A stretch of DNA of 41,484 bases, taken from the IMG/VR virus record IMGVR_UViG_3300026541_000016, positions 1 to 41,484 of that record; one strand, written 5' to 3'. Shown here piece after piece: positions 24,518 through 33,644 of the stretch; the stretch's first letter is position 1, and each line of letters begins with the position of its first letter. A program made the translations under genes and the position numbers. A model generated the notes under the pieces. It made no database searches. It saw only the letters and a program-made list of their open reading frames with translations, and was not told where the DNA came from. Origin of the DNA: a virus. Lineage: Duplodnaviria > Caudoviricetes.

Positions 24518-27115
24518 ATGACAACGCTTTCTTTATTAGGCGGTGACTGGGAATACCAGTTTGAGGATCAAACCGTTGGATCAGGGATTACGGGGACTCG
24601 GATGCTTGTATACATTACAGGTGTCGTGCGTACCACCAATGAGGTTTATTCCGCCGTCGCTGCGGCTGCCGATGACTTTCAGGCGATGGGATTTAAAAAC
24701 CCAATGCTTCCGGTCACCCCGAACGAATACACATTAGAAAATCAAGCCTTTATCTCTCGGACCTCTGCTGAATTCCTCAAAGAAGGCACTATTACGGCGA
24801 ATTGGTCACTCGTTGGTGTTGCCGGGGACAATTCTGGACGAGGAGTCTTGAAAGTCGGATACACTGATTCTGTTGCTCTCGTCGCTGGGGATGTTGGAAG
24901 ACAAGTCTCCCAAGCCACCACGTTAGATACCGGAACGTTATTGGCATTTGATACCGAGCCTGATGGCTCGCTGATCATGTGGGTGCGGCCTGATGATTCG
25001 ACACCTTCTACGGGGGACATCTTTGACGGAACGGGAGTGATCACAGTCGTCGGAGGAACCGGAGTGACCGCAACCAGCATTGCGGGTATTTCAGGGCAGA
25101 CCGACCTGGTTGCATTTCAGGCCATTGGTAGTGTCCCTGTGGCGACAGAAGTCTATGCGGTCCAGAGTCGTATTAAGCTGTCTGATGCTGCAACCAATAC
25201 CTTTCAGTGGTGGGCGACTGACCCCGATGTGTCATTAGGCATCGTCTCGACCTTGGTCATGACTAGAAATAGCGGTGTGTTAATCTCTGCCGGTGATGTC
25301 GAGGTTTTTGCCCGAAAATACACATCACTTTATGATAATTTTAGGCTCAATATTGCAGCGGGCGGATTTTCTGCGTTACCGCTTGCCTCTGCTCCCGATA
25401 TTAATAATACAACTGGATATCGCAGAACCACGACAACTTCCTCTACAGGGACGTTTAACGTGGGCAATGCGATCTATGTCGGAGCGACTTTTGCCACCGC
25501 GACAAAGAAAGGCGTTATCACTGCCGTTACGGGATCGAACCCGACGGTTGCGATTCAGTATTATCTGATTGGAGATCTAACTGACTTCGCGGGATCGGAC
25601 GCGCTAAAAGAGTTTATCTTTTCCACTCAGGTAGACGGCGATGCGACCGCAACCGCAGGTGCTCCGGTGGCTAATTTGCTCGGTCCCACAGATACCGCTT
25701 CCGGTGAAGGTGGCACGGTCACAATTACCATTGGTCATCAGACAGTGGATCATGATAATACGGGCGTTGCTGAACCGTATTCAATCACAATTGATTCAAT
25801 ATCATTAGTTCCAATTGCGAAAGTGTATGAACGTATTAAATTTGTCCTTCGTCGTGGATCGGATAACACATTTTGGGACACCGTCGCATCCAGTGTACCC
25901 GGAGAACAATACCGTGGCGTTGAGGCGTTGTTTTACTATGCGCCGAATACTGGCACGATGGTGCAAGGGGAGGATATTGTTAATGAAACAAAAACCGGCC
26001 TGGCAGCAAGGCTGTTATCGGACAATACCGCAGCCGCAGGCGAAAGTGTTTCACAAGACTATATTACTGTCACAGATCTCCAGCCTTCAACGCTAAGTAC
26101 CGCAGACAATGACGTGTGGGCGGACAGTGGATCGGTCGATGACGTTACGGTCGATACAGCAGGCGCAGGCGGCGCTATTGTGGTTCATGCTGCGGTGAAA
26201 GCTTCACCGTTTGGTTCATTTACCGGGACACAAATCTTTGGTGCACCGGGTATTTCTTATATTAATCCGGCGGCGGGGGATGCACAGTCTTATATTCTGA
26301 CAGACGATCTCGGGACATTAAGGACGCCGCCGAATACTGTCACCTACAGCATTGCGAATACCCGAGCCGGGGATCGCGGTTATGTCGCACGCGACACCGG
26401 AACCTCAGGCGTTATCGATAAGGACCAGTTTGGAGGATCAGACGCCACATTAAACATCTTGAGTGGGCCAACATTTCAGGTCGCGGGAACGATTGATGCA
26501 GAAGTCCCAACTGCTGGAGTAATACGCGTCGTGGAGACAACGTTACAACAGGAGCACCGTTACGAATATGCGTCACGTACCACGGGGGCTGGTGGCATAT
26601 TTACTTTGTATATTCCGACCTCTGGTACAGGGACGATCACGACTGCAAGTACAACTCAGATTATTGATACGGGTCAGTTGTTTAGTACAGGTGCCAACCC
26701 TGTCAAAATTGGTCATTTGGTACGAAATCTGACAGGAGGGAAAGTAACACACGTCTGGGAGGTGTCCTCGATTGTCAGTGATACTGTGTTGGATGTGTTT
26801 GCTTTATATGGGCCACTCGATGCTACTCAGGACTGGGATGTCAGTGATACCTATGAGATTAATCAGTTAATACAAGCCTATGATGCGACTGATAATGTTT
26901 TTGATACTATTTTAGACCTACATGAGACTGTCGGAACAGACGGATCTCCTGGTACGATGTCTAATACATTTGTTAAAACACCAGCGGCGGACTTTGGAAC
27001 TGTTGCGCAGGTGAGGCAGGGGAAAATCATTCTTCCTTTTGAGCAAAACCAAACACAAGGCGACGGGAATACGACAGTGACAGCAGTCAGGACGCCGGAT
27101 ACCATTGCTGTATGA
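24518..27115 (+). CDS. Large beta-rich putative virion protein, 865 aa
   Basis: T/G/A/D-rich, AGGA SD, no signal peptide. Confidence 0.65.
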   Translation: MTTLSLLGGDWEYQFEDQTVGSGITGTRMLVYITGVVRTTNEVYSAVAAAADDFQAMGFKNPMLPVTPNEYTLENQAFISRTSAEFLKEGTITANWSLVGVAGDNSGRGVLKVGYTDSVALVAGDVGRQVSQATTLDTGTLLAFDTEPDGSLIMWVRPDDSTPSTGDIFDGTGVITVVGGTGVTATSIAGISGQTDLVAFQAIGSVPVATEVYAVQSRIKLSDAATNTFQWWATDPDVSLGIVSTLVMTRNSGVLISAGDVEVFARKYTSLYDNFRLNIAAGGFSALPLASAPDINNTTGYRRTTTTSSTGTFNVGNAIYVGATFATATKKGVITAVTGSNPTVAIQYYLIGDLTDFAGSDALKEFIFSTQVDGDATATAGAPVANLLGPTDTASGEGGTVTITIGHQTVDHDNTGVAEPYSITIDSISLVPIAKVYERIKFVLRRGSDNTFWDTVASSVPGEQYRGVEALFYYAPNTGTMVQGEDIVNETKTGLAARLLSDNTAAAGESVSQDYITVTDLQPSTLSTADNDVWADSGSVDDVTVDTAGAGGAIVVHAAVKASPFGSFTGTQIFGAPGISYINPAAGDAQSYILTDDLGTLRTPPNTVTYSIANTRAGDRGYVARDTGTSGVIDKDQFGGSDATLNILSGPTFQVAGTIDAEVPTAGVIRVVETTLQQEHRYEYASRTTGAGGIFTLYIPTSGTGTITTASTTQIIDTGQLFSTGANPVKIGHLVRNLTGGKVTHVWEVSSIVSDTVLDVFALYGPLDATQDWDVSDTYEINQLIQAYDATDNVFDTILDLHETVGTDGSPGTMSNTFVKTPAADFGTVAQVRQGKIILPFEQNQTQGDGNTTVTAVRTPDTIAV

Positions 27116-27627
27116 ATAATAAGTTTGGCATTGAGTCTATACGACTGGGTGGCATGACGTTAGACGAGCTTCCGATTGCTGAGGGGGCATTGACCAAACA
27201 ACAAATGCCGAGTGTGATAAATGCGTATAAAGATAATACCATTGTCAACATAAAAGCCAAATACCCAAAGCAAACAGTTGCTTGGATTGATGGTGCGATT
27301 CGTGAATGTGAAGATTCGATTAGAAACATCAGGAAATTAAAAGACGCACAGCATAAGATGATTGGTGAATATACCGGCTTTATAAGCTTGTGTAAGCACA
27401 GGGATAATGAAATTAAGAAGACTGATAGCGAAGAAAGGATCAAAGAGCTGAAGGTTCTGTTCCCGCCTTACAATGTTATGGCCATGAAGACCCAGATACA
27501 ATTATGTAACGAGGCGATCTATCGCTCGGACAATGTAATTGATAAGGAACATGAGTCGATTTCTGAACTTAGGGAACTTAGGGTTAAATGTGCCAAGCGT
27601 GACGAAGAGTTAAAGGCTCTAGGTTGA
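27112..27627 (+). CDS. Charged coiled-coil protein, possible assembly chaperone
   Basis: K/E-rich and helical, unlike its neighbours; ATGA coupling. Confidence 0.55.
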   Translation: MNNKFGIESIRLGGMTLDELPIAEGALTKQQMPSVINAYKDNTIVNIKAKYPKQTVAWIDGAIRECEDSIRNIRKLKDAQHKMIGEYTGFISLCKHRDNEIKKTDSEERIKELKVLFPPYNVMAMKTQIQLCNEAIYRSDNVIDKEHESISELRELRVKCAKRDEELKALG

Positions 27628-28440
27628 GTGACGACATTAAGTGGTTGGATTGTTGATTTAACGACTTCTCCGAGAACAATCACGATACCCGTTGGACAAG
27701 AGACTGTCACGGCGCAGGATCAAGTTGATACCGTTAGAAAATTAGAAGACACCTTTCAATCGATGGGGCATCCTCATTTTCTGGACGCTACCGGAAAAGA
27801 AGGCGGAGGGGTGACTGGGATTGTCGTCGTTTTGAAAGACTGTCAATACGCTTTTCAACCACGGCAGACAAGCCTGCAAACCGGAACGGTAACGACAGGG
27901 GACGTTCGTGGGCTTAAAGTCATCGATACGGCGGCATTGTTTTTGACCAATGGTGTGAATCGTGGTGATGTCATCGTGAATAGAAGTACAGCGGGGCACA
28001 GTACAGTGATTCACGTGGATAGCGAAATTGAATTAGAGACGCTTCCAATAGTTGGCGGGTCTCATAACCGATGGGATGTCTCAGACTCTTATGAGATCTT
28101 TGCGTATACCGATGCAAAAATCACATCAGGAGATTTATTTGCCGTAGACTCTGTAGGAGCGCCTATCAGTGCTATTCTCAATACTTTTGGTATTGGTTCA
28201 ACAGTGATTGAACAGTCTACATCGCCAGCCGCAGCGCCTATTCAACCGACAACGATTCTTGAAGGGACATTAACATGGGAAGTCGCTCTAAAGCGAATTT
28301 TAGCTTCTGTGACAAATAAACTTAGCGGGGCAGAAACAACCACGATGAGATTCCGTGATGTCGATGATACAAAAGATCGTATTGTCGCTACGGTTGATGC
28401 TAATGGAAATCGTACCGCTATTACCTATGACGATACCTAA
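27628..28440 (+). CDS. Putative virion connector protein, 270 aa
   Basis: Shares a WDVSD(S/T)YEI domain with the 865 aa protein; C-terminal KLSGA.TTT..FRD..DTKDRI.ATVD.NGNRT. Confidence 0.6.
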   Translation: MTTLSGWIVDLTTSPRTITIPVGQETVTAQDQVDTVRKLEDTFQSMGHPHFLDATGKEGGGVTGIVVVLKDCQYAFQPRQTSLQTGTVTTGDVRGLKVIDTAALFLTNGVNRGDVIVNRSTAGHSTVIHVDSEIELETLPIVGGSHNRWDVSDSYEIFAYTDAKITSGDLFAVDSVGAPISAILNTFGIGSTVIEQSTSPAAAPIQPTTILEGTLTWEVALKRILASVTNKLSGAETTTMRFRDVDDTKDRIVATVDANGNRTAITYDDT

Positions 28441-28583
28441 TGTTTCCTCCTCGATTTTTCCCGGTTCGTTTTTTTGCACCTCGATTTTTTCCTCCTGCTG
28501 GAATTATCGAGGCTATATTCAAAGGGTTACAACGATTCAACTTATATATTCACCAAAAGGCAGTGATATTTCTTGAGCGATAA
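28440..28583 (+). CDS. 47 aa peptide with three xRFF repeats (absent from the ORF track)
   Basis: MFPPRFFPVRFFAPRFFPPAG...; TAATG coupling. Confidence 0.7.
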   Translation: MFPPRFFPVRFFAPRFFPPAGIIEAIFKGLQRFNLYIHQKAVIFLER

Positions 28584-28728
28584 AGTCTTATTCAAACTAA
28601 ACATTGCAAGAAACCCAAAAACAAAGCATTACCTGGATCAATCAACCCAACATAATCTCCAGATACTCATTACAAGGCCTACTAAGCTTTATTTGGAACA
28701 AAAGCGTCTGGTCAAGGTGGAACTCTAA
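28573..28728 (+). CDS. 51 aa peptide with TTG start (absent from the ORF track)
   Basis: Fills the gap exactly; TAATG coupling to the next gene. Confidence 0.5.
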   Translation: MSDKVLFKLNIARNPKTKHYLDQSTQHNLQILITRPTKLYLEQKRLVKVEL

Positions 28729-29057
28729 TGGCAGCAAATGAAATCCACAAGAATGACGTAGGAACAGTCTTTGAGGTCACACTCAGGGATGACACAATTA
28801 TTGTGGATGTAGCGAGTGCCACAGTGACTAAGGAGTTAGTGTTTAAGTCTCCGAAGCCGGCATCAGGGACATCCACAGTTTCGACAAAAGCAGCATCTTT
28901 CACCACAGACGGCACCGATGGCAAAATCCAATATACCACCATTGCCAATGATTTAAACGAGATTGGACTCTGGAATCTTCAAGCACATGTTATACTCAGT
29001 ACCGGAGATTGGCGCTCTGATATTCAATCGTTTGAGGTATTCGCTAATCTGGAATAA
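28728..29057 (+). CDS. BppU N-terminal-like Ig-fold protein
   Basis: IHKND.G..F..T......VD...A.....F..P...DG.I.Y.....DL...G.W..Q..V....G...S....F.V..NL. Confidence 0.65.
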   Translation: MAANEIHKNDVGTVFEVTLRDDTIIVDVASATVTKELVFKSPKPASGTSTVSTKAASFTTDGTDGKIQYTTIANDLNEIGLWNLQAHVILSTGDWRSDIQSFEVFANLE

Positions 29058-29182
29058 GTTCTACGTAGAACCTCGAAAATTATGGCTTTAAATGAATAAA
29101 AACAATATGGCTATTATAGGGGAAGTGGTGGTTTTAGAGCGTGATTTGGTTGATTATTTTATTGATTTAAGAGCGAGTCAAA

Positions 29183-29603
29183 GTGATCTATTTTAATAAT
29201 TGTTTTTATTATGACGATGGTGGCTGTGGACGTTTGCGCACGGCAGTAAAGGACCCAGAATCATATAATGCAGATTTAACGCTCTTAGAAACTTTTTCTA
29301 GCCCCACAGAGGCCAGAGCAGTATTAAGTGGTTTGAAGGAGGGGAAGGTAAGTATATTAGCATTGAAACGGAGGGATAAGTGTGATGGCTAAACACAGAC
29401 ACAAAGGCAGAACCAGACCGCCTAAGAGGCTAACTAAGCAAGAATCTGAAGAGAAACCACTATTATATAGATTTCTTGAGGATGAATACACCGATGAGGA
29501 CATTGAAATAATGAGGCAGCTCCATAATCGCCAAGGTCTTGATGTATTGGCTGGGCAGGCAATCAAAGAGGATGGGCAATTGAAATCAAAAGGTTATGAT
29601 TAA
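29183..29603 (+). CDS. Two small hypothetical genes (29183-29392; 29382-29603)
   Basis: Overlapping ORFs before terS. Confidence 0.45.
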
Positions 29604-29621
29604 CTTAATAGGAATTGAATA

Positions 29622-29909
29622 ATGCCAGTTGGCGCGCCTTTAGGAAACAAGAATAATACTAAGACTAAACCTTGGTCTCAAGCCATAAAGTTTGCATTGG
29701 AGGATTATTCACAGGGACAAGTAGAAAGAACGATGGCTTTAAGAGCTATTGCCAAAAAGATGATAGAACAAGCGATTGATGGCGATAAAGACGCAAGGAA
29801 AGAAATTGGAGATAGACTTGACGGAAAGCCTGTCCAAGCGATTGCAGGTGAGGACGGCGGGCCATTAACCATTGAGATAGTTCGGTTTGCGAGTACAGAT
29901 ACCGAATAA
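29622..29909 (+). CDS. terS: Terminase small subunit
   Basis: GAP.GNKN, A..GD..A.KEI.DRLDGKP.Q, G.DGGP; overlaps terL. Confidence 0.8.
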   Translation: MPVGAPLGNKNNTKTKPWSQAIKFALEDYSQGQVERTMALRAIAKKMIEQAIDGDKDARKEIGDRLDGKPVQAIAGEDGGPLTIEIVRFASTDTE

Positions 29910-31323
29910 CTGGAAGCCCAGAGATTACCAACAGCCCGCTTGGGATTACCTAGAGAATGGCGGGAAACATGCCGAGTTAATATGGCATCGCAGAAGTGGT
30001 AAAGACGAGATAAGCCTTCATAGAACCTGTGTTGCCGCACATGAGCGTGTTGCAGGTTATTGGCACATGTTACCCATGGCCAACCAAGTTAAGAAGGCCA
30101 TTTGGGAAGCTATAAACCCTCATACTGGGATGCGACGGATTGATGAAGCCTTCCCATTAGAAGTCCGCGCTGCCACGCGTGAAAATGACATGTTCATCAA
30201 GTTTAAGAACGGGTCAACATGGCAAGCGTTAGGGTCTGATAACTACAAAGGCGCGATTGGAGCCCCCCCTGCTGGGATTGTTTATTCTGAGTGGTCACAA
30301 GCCAAACCTGATGCTAGAGCTTTCTTAAGGCCGATACTTGCTGAAAACAAGGGCTGGCAAATATTCATCACAACGCCACGCGGTAAGAATCACGCATATC
30401 GGACGTTTAGGGCAGCACAAAAGAACCCTAACGCATTTACCCAAACGTTACGCGCAGATCAGACCAGCGTATTCACAAAAGAACAGCTAGAAATTGAACG
30501 ACAGGCCTATATAGGAGACTTTGGGCCCAACATGGGCCAAGCCTTCTACGAGCAGGAATACATGGTCAGCTTTGATGCGGCTATTCTGGGTGCAATATGG
30601 GGGGCTGAACTCTCGGCGTTAGACAGGGAAGGACGCTTCACAGCGTTTGAGCACGTCTCGGGTTATCCCGTGTATGTTGCGATGGACATTGGCAGGACAG
30701 ATGCAACGTCACTTTGGTGGTATCAGGTTATCGGGAATGAGATACGTTTTATTGATAATCTGACCGACAACTTCAAAGACGTGGATTACTACGCGTCTCA
30801 GATGTTGGGCAAGCATGTCAAGATTGACATCATAGAGAATGAAATCGTCCTTAAATACCCCGGCGGTTGGCCGGATGAATGGTCAAGTGCTGAACATCGT
30901 AAAGACTTCAAGTATGAAACACTCTATCTCCCGCATGATGCTGCGGCTAAGACCTTAGCCACCAAGAAGTCCGTTGAAGAGCAATTCAGGGCAGTGTTTG
31001 GTTACGGCAATATTCGAGTGTTACCCCAATTATCAATGTCTGACGGTATTAAGTATGTCCGTCAGATGCTCAAAAAGGCATGGTTGAATACACGTTGTGA
31101 AGATGGTTTTGAGGCATTAAAAGCATATCAATATGAATGGGACGAAGACAAACAGAAGTTTAGAGATAATCCACTGCACAATTGGGCATCCGATCCCGCA
31201 GATGGGTTCCGCTATGCCGCAACCGCATGGCAAACGTTTGCCCCGCCAGCACCTGAGCCAGAACCCGAGCTAGACGAATGGGGACGCTACAAACGCACGA
31301 CAAACAGTTGGAAGACGGTCTAG
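29887..31323 (+). CDS. terL: Terminase large subunit
   Basis: PRDYQ, WHRRSGKD, VYSE, ITTPRGKNH, MDIG..D, LPHDA, H.WASD.AD.FRY. Confidence 0.95.
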   Translation: MRVQIPNNWKPRDYQQPAWDYLENGGKHAELIWHRRSGKDEISLHRTCVAAHERVAGYWHMLPMANQVKKAIWEAINPHTGMRRIDEAFPLEVRAATRENDMFIKFKNGSTWQALGSDNYKGAIGAPPAGIVYSEWSQAKPDARAFLRPILAENKGWQIFITTPRGKNHAYRTFRAAQKNPNAFTQTLRADQTSVFTKEQLEIERQAYIGDFGPNMGQAFYEQEYMVSFDAAILGAIWGAELSALDREGRFTAFEHVSGYPVYVAMDIGRTDATSLWWYQVIGNEIRFIDNLTDNFKDVDYYASQMLGKHVKIDIIENEIVLKYPGGWPDEWSSAEHRKDFKYETLYLPHDAAAKTLATKKSVEEQFRAVFGYGNIRVLPQLSMSDGIKYVRQMLKKAWLNTRCEDGFEALKAYQYEWDEDKQKFRDNPLHNWASDPADGFRYAATAWQTFAPPAPEPEPELDEWGRYKRTTNSWKTV

Positions 31324-33164
31324 AGCCCCCCACTGTTGATCGCTTCCGCAGACAGTTCGAGTCATTTGAGGACATTACCGAAGTTGCACGTATTGAGTCT
31401 GAAATAGACCGAGACTACAAAGACAATAAACAATGGACCCAAGAAGAGGTCGATAAGCTCAACGCCCGCAATCAAGCCGCAATTGTCGTTAATCGGGTCA
31501 AGCCCAAAGTTGAGGGCATGAAGGGACTGTTAATACAAAGACGGACAGATCCCAGAGCCTATCCAAGAACAGAGAAACATCAAAAGGCCGCTGAAGCGAT
31601 TACTGATGCTTTAAGGTTCGTGTCAGACAATACCGACATGGACGAATTAGAGCTTGATGTCGCGGATAATGTTTTTGTCGAGGGCTATGGGGCTGCTTTG
31701 ATTGATGTCAAGCGCAAAGAGGATGAATGGGAGATAGACCTCCAGCACATTCCTTGGGACCGTTATTATTATGATCCCCACTCACGACGTAAAGACTTCA
31801 AAGACAAACGATTTGACGGAATCGTAGTCTGGTTGGATCTTGACGTTGCGCTAGAACTCTACCCGGATGCCGATGTAGAAGCGTTAATGACCACGCAAGG
31901 GTCAACGACATTTGAAGACAAACCCTTATGGGTAGACTCACAACGTAAACGCGTCAAAGTTTGTCAGCACTTCTACCTTGAAAAAAGTGTCTGGATGATG
32001 TGCGTGTTTAGTACTGAGTTTTTAGTCGAGCCTCAAGAATCGCCGTATCTGGATGAAGAAGGCAAGCCGATGAATCCGATTGAGGCTGTGGGCTCTTATA
32101 TTGACCGAGACCTGGCACGCTTTGGAGAAGTGAGGTATTGGCGAGATCTACAAGACGAGATAAACCACAGACGATCTAAGTTCCTATTTCTTAATTCTGC
32201 CAGACAAACAATGGCCAGAAAAGGGGCGATAACAGATATCCCCGCATTCAAACGGGAAGCGGCAAAGGCGGATGGTCACTTGGAGTGGGTAGGGGAGAAG
32301 GGCGACTTTGAGATCGTTCCCACGAGTGACATGGCAAAAGCACAATTTGACTTGCTGCAACATTCAGAGGCCCAGCTTGATGCTATATCATTCAATGCCC
32401 AACTCTCAGGAGAGCGACAAGGGGATCTTTCAGGAAGGGCGGTTGACTTGCTACAACAAGCGGGATCGCTGGAATTGTCCCCGATTTATTCGGCGATATC
32501 TAACTGGAAGCTTCGTGTCTATCGACAAGTTTGGGCGAGGATTAAGCAGTTCTGGGACGCCGAGAAATGGATCAGAGTCACCGATGATCACCGTAACCTA
32601 AAATGGGTAGGGCTTAATCATCCTGTTACGCTGGGAGAAAAGTTACAAGAGACCATTCAAGATGAGAGCTTGGCGCCACAGGTCCGTCAACAAGCCGCAC
32701 AAGCTTTACAAATCATGGTGCAGGGGCAAGATCCCAGACTACAACAGGTCCAGGAGGTGCGCAATAAGGTCGCCGAGTTGGATGTAGACATCATCTTGGA
32801 ACAGTCACAAAACGTGATTAATATTCAACGTGAGCAGTTTGAGTTATTGGCCAACCTTGCAAGTAACCGTCCTGAGGTTCCCTTCAAAGCGTTATTACAG
32901 TTATCCGAACTCAGGGATAAGGATCAACTCATCGCCGATATCGAGAAGTCGGAACAAGCCGGAGGCCAACAACAACAGGAATTGTTGCAGTTACAAAAGG
33001 CGGGCCAGGTCGTGGAACTCCAGACCAAGACTCAAAAGGCGCAAGTCGATAATGAGAAGACTCAGGCCGAGACTGAGAAATTGAAATCACAAAAAGACCA
33101 AACGGACTTGGAGAACCTTATATTATTAGAAAGGCCGGATACAGAAACCCAGGTCATTATTTAG
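31278..33164 (+). CDS. Portal protein (P22-like)
   Basis: QW......L..R.Q....VN...P, YDP.SR..D..D, D.QDEIN.RRSK, SG.A; Q-rich C-terminal coil; true start may be TTG 31308. Confidence 0.9.
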   Translation: MGTLQTHDKQLEDGLEPPTVDRFRRQFESFEDITEVARIESEIDRDYKDNKQWTQEEVDKLNARNQAAIVVNRVKPKVEGMKGLLIQRRTDPRAYPRTEKHQKAAEAITDALRFVSDNTDMDELELDVADNVFVEGYGAALIDVKRKEDEWEIDLQHIPWDRYYYDPHSRRKDFKDKRFDGIVVWLDLDVALELYPDADVEALMTTQGSTTFEDKPLWVDSQRKRVKVCQHFYLEKSVWMMCVFSTEFLVEPQESPYLDEEGKPMNPIEAVGSYIDRDLARFGEVRYWRDLQDEINHRRSKFLFLNSARQTMARKGAITDIPAFKREAAKADGHLEWVGEKGDFEIVPTSDMAKAQFDLLQHSEAQLDAISFNAQLSGERQGDLSGRAVDLLQQAGSLELSPIYSAISNWKLRVYRQVWARIKQFWDAEKWIRVTDDHRNLKWVGLNHPVTLGEKLQETIQDESLAPQVRQQAAQALQIMVQGQDPRLQQVQEVRNKVAELDVDIILEQSQNVINIQREQFELLANLASNRPEVPFKALLQLSELRDKDQLIADIEKSEQAGGQQQQELLQLQKAGQVVELQTKTQKAQVDNEKTQAETEKLKSQKDQTDLENLILLERPDTETQVII

Positions 33165-33355
33165 GAGCGACTTGTTTGATTTTCGATCCACTCTGAAAAT
33201 GCGAGTTCATCAAGCAACACTCGTCCACCCACGCGTCGAATAACCTTGCTAAATCCATTCGTGTCAGCGTTGAATATGAGCCACCTAAGTGAGCCCTGTG
33301 AAAAAGTGGGGTGGGCGTTCGCAAACTCTGCGACGGTTTTTAAATCATCGATCAT
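33161..33355 (-). CDS. Excisionase-like DNA-binding protein inserted antisense in the head operon
   Basis: TV.EF....P.F....LRWLIF....NG......RVG.RVL.D...F..W; SD AGGAG. Confidence 0.7.
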   Translation of the reverse strand: MIDDLKTVAEFANAHPTFSQGSLRWLIFNADTNGFSKVIRRVGGRVLLDELAFSEWIENQTSRS

Positions 33356-33466
33356 GTCTATCTCCTAACAAAATGTGCATAAAACTACGATATTGAAAGC
33401 TTAGGGGGTTGATTAGAGAATTTCAACGACAATAAGTCCCGACTTCCTGTCGGAAATGTTATTTAA

Positions 33467-33634
33467 CGCCGTCGCCGGGCGCTGATAGGGGTTATTCCTC
33501 TATCAGAAACGGGCGTACAGAATTTACCTGCCGCCGAGGTTACGGGCGTTCATCCATCCGCTTTCTGCGGATTTTTTCATTGTGAAACAGCTGCCGCCGA
33601 GCCACGGGCGAATATGGCCGCCGCATTGCGGGCG
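33467..33634 (+). ncRNA. Four tandem pseudoknot-like units in the scaffold leader
   Basis: Variable stem-GYCGCCG-complementary stem-linker-CGGGCG, four times. Confidence 0.75.
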
Positions 33635-33644
33635 AGGAGATTAT

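Noticed and set aside
22011-27115. Captured bacterial S-layer or autotransporter genes
   Set aside because: No signal peptides or C-terminal barrels; the genes are tightly packed in the late operon
1112-29057. Diversity-generating retroelement or invertase-driven fibre switching
   Set aside because: No reverse transcriptase or serine invertase recognised, and no adenine-specific TR/VR pair seen
33582-33644. N-terminal extension of the scaffold in the ORF track
   Set aside because: It overlaps the RNA motif array; the SD supports ATG 33645
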